This document shows positions 57,892 to 64,000 of a DNA stretch of 64,000 bases, one piece after another. The notes below the pieces were generated by a model. The model saw only the letters and a list, made by a program, of their open reading frames with translations, made no database searches and was not told the origin of the DNA. The stretch comes from Candidatus Latescibacterota bacterium (GTDB lineage Bacteria > Latescibacterota > UBA2968): assembly GCA_965116885.1 (NCBI GenBank), contig OZ220741.1, forward strand, positions 4,416,001 to 4,480,000. Direction: 5' to 3'. The stretch's first letter is position 1. Every line of letters begins with the position of its first letter. The translations under genes and the position numbers were made by a program.

Positions 57892-60066
57892 ATGAACAGA
57901 TTGTTAAAACCGCTGGTCGGAACCGCTTTTGCACTTGTGGGGCTGGTGTTCTTTGGTCAGCCAACCGAAGTGCAGGCGCAGGCAGAACTAATGTGGCTGG
58001 ATGTGGGCGATTATCACTATCGATACGCATCGACAGGCACAGAGCCTTCAATCACAAGACCCCCGTTTCGGGCACGTGTGAAATACTGGCCCGGTATTTA
58101 TGCTCGAGAAGGTGGCACGCATGTGCGCTCGCGTCATTATATCGGAGTAAAAGATTTTACCGATGAAAATGGACAAGCCTGGCCGTTCAAAGTCGCCCGT
58201 GCGGGACCTCGCGTATTTGACCTGGGCGAACACTTTGCATTGCCCATGGAACTGATTGGCAAGTTTGACAAACCCGACGTGTTTGTCGATGGGTTTCAAT
58301 CTTTTTCTCGGCCCACAGTATTGACCCGCGTCGATCCTTCTATTCCATCAGATCGCATGATTGTTCGCGGTGCCAATTCCAATGTGGGCATCACATGGGA
58401 AGAGAGGATCTACGCATTTTCCAATCCCTATCACGATGACTACCACATCCGGGAAATGACCTGGACAAATACGGGCAATGTCGATGCCGATGAAGAGATC
58501 GAATTGCCCGATCAAACCGCGAACGAGATGATGTTGTCCTTTGCCGCTAAAGAGCACCTCTGGGGGCCGCGCGGGGTTACGGGCGCGGGTGTCTCGGGCA
58601 CAATGTGGGATTATGTGGGCGACGGCAAGGAGCCGCTGGGCAAATGGGAAGGCATACGCGCCACGCTCGGCTGGATCGGCAATGGTACGAATGTGTCCTT
58701 CCTGAACCGCATTGGAGGACCTATCTGGCGAGGTGGACGCGGAAATGCCAACTATCGGATTACAGAAGGCGATTCCATTGGTAGGCTCGGCGGTGCTTAT
58801 ATGCTGACCCGCGCGATCCTGCACGCAGATACAAGCCCATCAGATCCGACAAATGATCCTGGACAGCCCAGAACTACAGGTTACACCCGTGGCGGCGAAT
58901 CGAATACCAACCCGTCGTTTGGCGATGCCGAACAGATGACAAACACATACCATTTTATGCACCCGGACCTGAGCTATGCCGAATATGGCAACCCGGGTGA
59001 CGATGGGCACCATTTTCCGCACGAAGCCGACCGTTCAGCACCGCCGGAGCCTGCGGGTCCTTTCGATTCGGAATCGTGGTACGAACGCATGGGGGCACAA
59101 ACTGATGTCTCTCGCATGAGAAGTGGAGGTATAGTGCCAGTGTTTGCCTTTGGTCCCTACACACTGGCTCCGGGTGAAAGCGTCAGTGCGGTCTGGATTG
59201 AAGGTATGCACGGGTTGAATCGGGACGTATGTGTTGCTGTGGGCACGGCGTACAAAAATTCTGGTTATGACGATACACTCCCCATTACCTACAATGGGCA
59301 GACCCACACGAAGAACCGCTGGGTACTGGGCACCCGGGATTCCATCTACCAGATGATCCGCAGAGCTACGGCGAACTGGGAATCGGGTTATAATGTTCCG
59401 CATCCCCCACTGCCGCCCAGAGTTTTCAATGTGCAGTCCGGTTCTGATCAAATTGTGCTTTCGTGGGAGACCTTTGCCAATGCCAACCACTCGGGTTTTG
59501 AGATCTGGCGAACGCGCAACTTGTTCGAAGGCAATGTGGATGACCTCTGGGAATACCAGTTGATCGCCACCCTGGGGGCAGGGGACCGCGAATACGTAGA
59601 TGCGGACGTGGTGCGCGGCATCAGTTATTTTTACTATATCCAATCCGTTGGTGCAGTGAACAACGATGGAACGGGAATGACGCCAACGGGCAGTGTGCTG
59701 AAAAGCAGCCGGTATTATACGCAGACCTATGATCCCGCGTTTTTGAAGCGCCCGCCCGGCACCTCGCTGATGGAAGTGCGCGTTGTACCCAATCCTTATG
59801 TACTGGAAGCCGATCAGAATATTCGATTCCCGGATCAGCAGGACAAGCTGGCATTCTTCGAAATTCCGGGTGAATGCACCATCCAGATTTTCAGCGAACT
59901 GGGAGAATCGATTTTCACCATCGAGCACACCGATGGCACAGGGGACGAATTTTGGAACCTGACCACAGAATCGAATCAGGTGATTACAAGTGGCATTTAT
60001 TTTGCCGTGATCACAGACCTTCAGACCGGCGATAAGATAATCAAAAAATTCGTCGTTATTCGTTAA
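57892..60066 (+). CDS. Secreted protein with FN3-like domain and T9SS-type C-terminal sorting domain
   Basis: Signal peptide; VQSGSDQIVLSW..YVDADVVRGISYFYY; VRVVPNPY..CTIQIFS..WNL..SGIYF..KKFVVIR. Confidence 0.8.
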   Translation: MNRLLKPLVGTAFALVGLVFFGQPTEVQAQAELMWLDVGDYHYRYASTGTEPSITRPPFRARVKYWPGIYAREGGTHVRSRHYIGVKDFTDENGQAWPFKVARAGPRVFDLGEHFALPMELIGKFDKPDVFVDGFQSFSRPTVLTRVDPSIPSDRMIVRGANSNVGITWEERIYAFSNPYHDDYHIREMTWTNTGNVDADEEIELPDQTANEMMLSFAAKEHLWGPRGVTGAGVSGTMWDYVGDGKEPLGKWEGIRATLGWIGNGTNVSFLNRIGGPIWRGGRGNANYRITEGDSIGRLGGAYMLTRAILHADTSPSDPTNDPGQPRTTGYTRGGESNTNPSFGDAEQMTNTYHFMHPDLSYAEYGNPGDDGHHFPHEADRSAPPEPAGPFDSESWYERMGAQTDVSRMRSGGIVPVFAFGPYTLAPGESVSAVWIEGMHGLNRDVCVAVGTAYKNSGYDDTLPITYNGQTHTKNRWVLGTRDSIYQMIRRATANWESGYNVPHPPLPPRVFNVQSGSDQIVLSWETFANANHSGFEIWRTRNLFEGNVDDLWEYQLIATLGAGDREYVDADVVRGISYFYYIQSVGAVNNDGTGMTPTGSVLKSSRYYTQTYDPAFLKRPPGTSLMEVRVVPNPYVLEADQNIRFPDQQDKLAFFEIPGECTIQIFSELGESIFTIEHTDGTGDEFWNLTTESNQVITSGIYFAVITDLQTGDKIIKKFVVIR

Positions 60067-60081
60067 GAATGGAGTACTTCA

Positions 60082-61137
60082 ATGACCAGAAAATTTCTTA
60101 CACTTGTCGCGCTGAGTCTGATGTGTCTGACGCCGCTCTATGCACAGGACCCGGTGGATACGACAGATCCAGACGATCTTCCCGTGCCCGAACCGGGACA
60201 GGATCTTCCGCGCGAACGCCGCGCACAAGCGGGCTTTAAGTTTTTGAGCGTATCGCCCGATGCGCGCGCCGCTGCCATGGGCGATGCGTATTCCGCATTG
60301 AGGGTGGGGGCATCGGCAATGTTTTACAACCCCGCATCAATGGCGTATGCCACGCGCAAATTTCAACTCTCTGCCGGACAGGTCCAGTGGATCGCAGATG
60401 TGACCTACAACATGGGCAGTGTTGCATTGAATACGGATTGGGGCGTTTTCGGATTGTCAATGATTTCCGTCGATTACGGCGATTTTGAACGCACCATTCG
60501 CGCAGACAACGAAAAGGGATTCCTCGATGTGGGCACGTATAGCCCATCTGCCTGGGCTATCGGACTCGGTTATGCCCACGCAATTACCGACCGCTTTTCA
60601 GTGGGCGGCAATATACGCATCGCCAAACAATCGTTCGGCAATGTTCCCGTGGGACTTGAAGGTGCAGAACCTGTAAATAAATCTTTTGGCGAGCGCTCGA
60701 CCATTGTCGATTTTGGCGTGCTCTACTGGACGGGATATAAGAGCCTGACATTGGCGCTGAACACGCGAAACTTCTCTCAGGAAAACAAGTACAGCGAAGA
60801 GAGTTTTGAATTGCCGCTAACATTCCGCATGGGATTGGCGATGGATTTGATCGATTTCACGGATATGGATAAGGATGCCCATTCTGTAATCCTATCGGTA
60901 GATACCGAACGACCGCGCGACTTTTCCGAGCAAGTCAAGATCGGGGTGGATTATACGCTTATGAAAACCCTGTCTTTGCGCGCCGGATATGTGACGCCAA
61001 CTGATGAGCAGGGCATATCTTTGGGCGTCGGCTTTGGCCGCGACCTGGGCAGTCTGGATCTGCGCGTGGATTATGCGTACACCGATTTTGGCGTATTTGA
61101 CAATGTCAACCGCTTGACGCTTCAGGCGGGCTTTTAG
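60082..61137 (+). CDS. PorV/PorQ family beta-barrel protein
   Basis: FLSVSPDARAAAMGDA..FYNPA, LPLTFRMG, LSLRAGY, VDYAY; terminal Phe. Confidence 0.85.
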   Translation: MTRKFLTLVALSLMCLTPLYAQDPVDTTDPDDLPVPEPGQDLPRERRAQAGFKFLSVSPDARAAAMGDAYSALRVGASAMFYNPASMAYATRKFQLSAGQVQWIADVTYNMGSVALNTDWGVFGLSMISVDYGDFERTIRADNEKGFLDVGTYSPSAWAIGLGYAHAITDRFSVGGNIRIAKQSFGNVPVGLEGAEPVNKSFGERSTIVDFGVLYWTGYKSLTLALNTRNFSQENKYSEESFELPLTFRMGLAMDLIDFTDMDKDAHSVILSVDTERPRDFSEQVKIGVDYTLMKTLSLRAGYVTPTDEQGISLGVGFGRDLGSLDLRVDYAYTDFGVFDNVNRLTLQAGF

Positions 61138-61166
61138 ATTATTGCGATGTATTCCCCGCCATTTTG

Positions 61167-61200
61167 AAAAGGGAGCCAGTTTTTGCCGGCTCCCTTTTTT
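61167..61200 (+). terminator. Rho-independent terminator closing the TBDT/CTD/PorV operon
   Basis: AAAAGGGAGCC..GGCTCCCTTTTTT. Confidence 0.85.
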
Positions 61201-61226
61201 ACGTGAAGTCCGCGGACATCCCTACC

Positions 61227-63197
61227 ATGGCAGAATCCGCACAAAATATTCAGACACAAAAACCGCTCGGCATGGGGTTACGCACGTATCGAACCGCCCT
61301 TGCGTCGGTCGCCATGATCCTGGTCAGTGTGCTGTGGAATGAATGGATGCCGTATTACACATCGGGATCCAACATCAGCCGCAGCCATTTTCCCGTAGCA
61401 CTCTACTATCCCTTTTTAATTTTCTGTGTATGCAACTTGCTGGCAAATCATCGGCAATCAACCTGGGCATTGACGCGGTCGGAATTGCTGGTGGTCCTGG
61501 CTTCTGGACTGGTCGGCATCTCGGTGTCTTACGACGGGATCAGCGGGCATCTGATCGGCGTGGTAGCTGCGCCTTATTATTTCGCCTCAACGGAAAACGG
61601 CTGGACGACGTACTTGCTCGAACATATCCCGCGCTGGCAGGTGCCGACCAATGCGGGCGGAGAAATGACGCGGTTTTACGAGGGTGGAAAGGGAACATTC
61701 CCCTGGCGCGTATGGGTCGCACCGATATTCTGGTGGACGTGTTTTTTGGGCGCAATGGGATTTGCGGTATTCAGCGTCGTGGTGATTTTGCGAAAGCAAT
61801 GGGTGGATTACGAGCGGCTGGCATATCCGCTTGTCGAAGTGGGAAGCCTGCTGACCGATACTGAGCCGGGTGGCACACTGGAAAAAATGCTCCGGTCCCC
61901 GTTGTTCTGGATCGCGTTTGGCCTGGTGATGGCGTTAAAGCTGTGGAATATCGGATCTTATTTTTCGCCAGCTTTTCCGCATATTTCTATTGAGGGAATG
62001 AACTGGCGGGCTTTTCCCGATTTTCCCGCACTGCCCTTTCGCCTCAGTTTTTACGCTATAGGTTTTGGCTATTTTGCGCGATTAGATGTATTGTTCAGCG
62101 TGTGGTTTTTTATCGTCTTGACGGCATTTCAGATCTATGCCTCAAATATTTTTGGGTATCCCCTGGGGGCATCCAGTCTGCACTGGGAAAATGAGCTATT
62201 AAACTGGCAGAGCATGGGCGCACTCATTTTTCTCGCAGTATGGGGCTTGTGGATGGCGCGCACACACTTGAAGGCAGTGTGGCGCAAAGCGTGGGACTCG
62301 AGTTGTGACATAGATGATCGCGGAGAGTTGTTGTCATATCGCACGGCTGTATTTGGCCTTGTGATCTCGCTCGTATTTGCAACGTGCTGGCTGGTCGCAA
62401 CCGGCATGGCGTTGTGGGTTGCGATAGTATTTCTGATTCTGGCGATGTTGTTATTTTTGGGCCTGGCACGCGCTGTGTCCGAGCTGGGTCTGGTCTATGC
62501 CTATTATCGATTGGAGCCAAATGACGCGGTCGTGCAGGCATTTGGTTCGGCATCCATCATGGGGGTTTCGAGCATCACCGCGCTGGCGTTTATGCGGGTA
62601 TTCAATTTTTTTCCCGACATCGGCAAAGGCTTTTTGATGCCGTCGTTTTCGCAGGCGGTGAAAGCAGTGGATAAGACCGTAACCCCCCGGCGAATTACAG
62701 GGGTGATCTGGGCATCGCTCGCCGTGGGCTTTGTGATTTCGATTGTCAACACGCTCTACTTGAGTTATGAATACGGGGCTTATAATCTGGGAAATATGGG
62801 CCTCAAGCACGTTGGTCCACGGGCATTTGATTTTGCGATGAACGCGATCCGAAATCCTCTGGGTCTCGGAGGTGACGGGCGCGTGATGTGGGCGGGGGTT
62901 GGCGCCGGTACAATGGCGATTTTAACCGTGATTCGCTACTGGATCCCCGCCTGGCCGCTGCATCCAATTGGCCTGGCCATGCAGGGGAACTACGGCGTGA
63001 GTAAAACCGTATTCTCGGTATTTATTGTGTGGTCAATCAAAGTTGTCGTGATGAAGATGGGTGGTGTGCAACTGTACGAAAAAGGAAAGCCGTTTTTCAT
63101 CGGCCTGCTGGCAGCGCAAGCGTTCAGCACGGGGTTGGTATTTGTCATAGATTGCATCTGGTTCCCCCTGCAGGGACACAATGTACACAACTTTTAG
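61227..63197 (+). CDS. Polytopic membrane protein (DUF6785/DUF6784-like, putative peptide transporter)
   Basis: LTRSELL, ILRKQWVDYERLAYPL, WPLHPIG, YEKGKPFFIGL; many TM segments. Confidence 0.7.
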   Translation: MAESAQNIQTQKPLGMGLRTYRTALASVAMILVSVLWNEWMPYYTSGSNISRSHFPVALYYPFLIFCVCNLLANHRQSTWALTRSELLVVLASGLVGISVSYDGISGHLIGVVAAPYYFASTENGWTTYLLEHIPRWQVPTNAGGEMTRFYEGGKGTFPWRVWVAPIFWWTCFLGAMGFAVFSVVVILRKQWVDYERLAYPLVEVGSLLTDTEPGGTLEKMLRSPLFWIAFGLVMALKLWNIGSYFSPAFPHISIEGMNWRAFPDFPALPFRLSFYAIGFGYFARLDVLFSVWFFIVLTAFQIYASNIFGYPLGASSLHWENELLNWQSMGALIFLAVWGLWMARTHLKAVWRKAWDSSCDIDDRGELLSYRTAVFGLVISLVFATCWLVATGMALWVAIVFLILAMLLFLGLARAVSELGLVYAYYRLEPNDAVVQAFGSASIMGVSSITALAFMRVFNFFPDIGKGFLMPSFSQAVKAVDKTVTPRRITGVIWASLAVGFVISIVNTLYLSYEYGAYNLGNMGLKHVGPRAFDFAMNAIRNPLGLGGDGRVMWAGVGAGTMAILTVIRYWIPAWPLHPIGLAMQGNYGVSKTVFSVFIVWSIKVVVMKMGGVQLYEKGKPFFIGLLAAQAFSTGLVFVIDCIWFPLQGHNVHNF

Positions 63198-63203
63198 AGC
63201 GCA

Positions 63204-64000
63204 ATGATTACCAGAAGAACATTTATACAACAAAGCCTCGCTACTGCGGGTGCGCTGGCAATTGCCCCGTCGGCTTTTGCATCAGCGCCACAGGTGATGA
63301 CCGTAACCGGACCGATAACATCCGAGCAAATGGGGTTCACCCTCCCCCACGAACACATCATGTCCATTTTTGGCGGGCAGCCAGTCAAAGTGGCGCAATA
63401 CGACGAAGAAAAATTATTCGCCAGGGTTATACCCTATCTCAAAATGTTAAAAGTATTTGGCGTGCAAACCATTTGTGAATGCACGGGGGCTTATTTTGGG
63501 AGGCGCGTGGATTTGCTCCGGCGCATCTCACGAGAAACCGGGATGCAAATTCTGACCAATACCGGATATTTTGGCGCAGCGCACGATCGCTATGTGCCAG
63601 CGCACGCCTTTGAAGAAACAATTGATCAAATTGCCCAACGCTGGATTGATGAATGGAAAAACGGGATTGACGGGACGGATATTCGCCCGGGATTTATCAA
63701 AATTGGCGTTGACCCCGGCATGCCGTCCGACATAGACAAAAAGCTCATTTTGGCAGCGGGCAAAACCCATCTCAAAACGGGTCTGACAATTGTCTCGCAC
63801 ACAAGTGGCAGTACGGATGCCGCTGTTGAACAGGTTGCGATGCTCGAAGAAATGGGCGTCCATCCCGAGGCATGGATCTGGGCACACGCACAACGCGTCA
63901 AAGATCCCGCCGACTTATCTCCAGTTGCGCGGGCAGGCGGGTGGATCGGACTGGATGGCATCAGCGATAAAACGCTCAATCAGCATCTCGATATGCTGCG
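63204..64000 (+). CDS. Tat-exported phosphotriesterase-family protein (runs off the window)
   Basis: Manual translation MITRRTFIQQSLATAGALA..VMTVTGPI..TLPHEHI..GRRVDLL..TNTG..GFIKIG. Confidence 0.85.
   Translation, partial: MITRRTFIQQSLATAGALAIAPSAFASAPQVMTVTGPITSEQMGFTLPHEHIMSIFGGQPVKVAQYDEEKLFARVIPYLKMLKVFGVQTICECTGAYFGRRVDLLRRISRETGMQILTNTGYFGAAHDRYVPAHAFEETIDQIAQRWIDEWKNGIDGTDIRPGFIKIGVDPGMPSDIDKKLILAAGKTHLKTGLTIVSHTSGSTDAAVEQVAMLEEMGVHPEAWIWAHAQRVKDPADLSPVARAGGWIGLDGISDKTLNQHLDML

Overview
Bacterial (diderm) genomic window with two parts. The gene content (ankyrin, LRR and dockerin-like EF-hand secreted proteins, SprA, PorV, sulfatase) suggests a Latescibacterota/Gemmatimonadota-like host-associated organism, but this is inference only. 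(1) 1-~18,100 is a mosaic accessory island. It holds a beta-propeller/Y_Y_Y-fused sigma-54 activator, an AAA/PD-(D/E)XK protein, an orphan Xre/MbcA-type antitoxin, and two secreted paralogues sharing an N-terminal module (MORN-like and ankyrin C-termini). It also holds the 3' remnant of a group II intron, an AT-rich surface lipoprotein gene bracketed by two inverted 152-bp IS256 3' ends, and several fused gene fragments. A ~185-bp sigma-54 promoter/enhancer cassette occurs twice (534-719 and 15569-15753). Each time it points through an IS256-type end into the RBS of a different secreted-protein gene, which is the most striking pattern in the window. A phased 16/32-bp half-site array lies at the island edge. 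(2) ~18,100-64,000 is mostly core or metabolic: ABC ATPase, catabolic enzymes, thiolase, HU, bS22-like small protein, tRNA-Arg(CCG), obgE, NYN, comEA-like, sprA, lptF/G, sulfatase, UPF0182, amino-acid symporter, SulP, and a TonB-dependent receptor / T9SS-CTD protein / PorV trio. Two candidate structured RNAs lie in intergenic regions. All product calls come from motif recognition by eye; no database searches were run.
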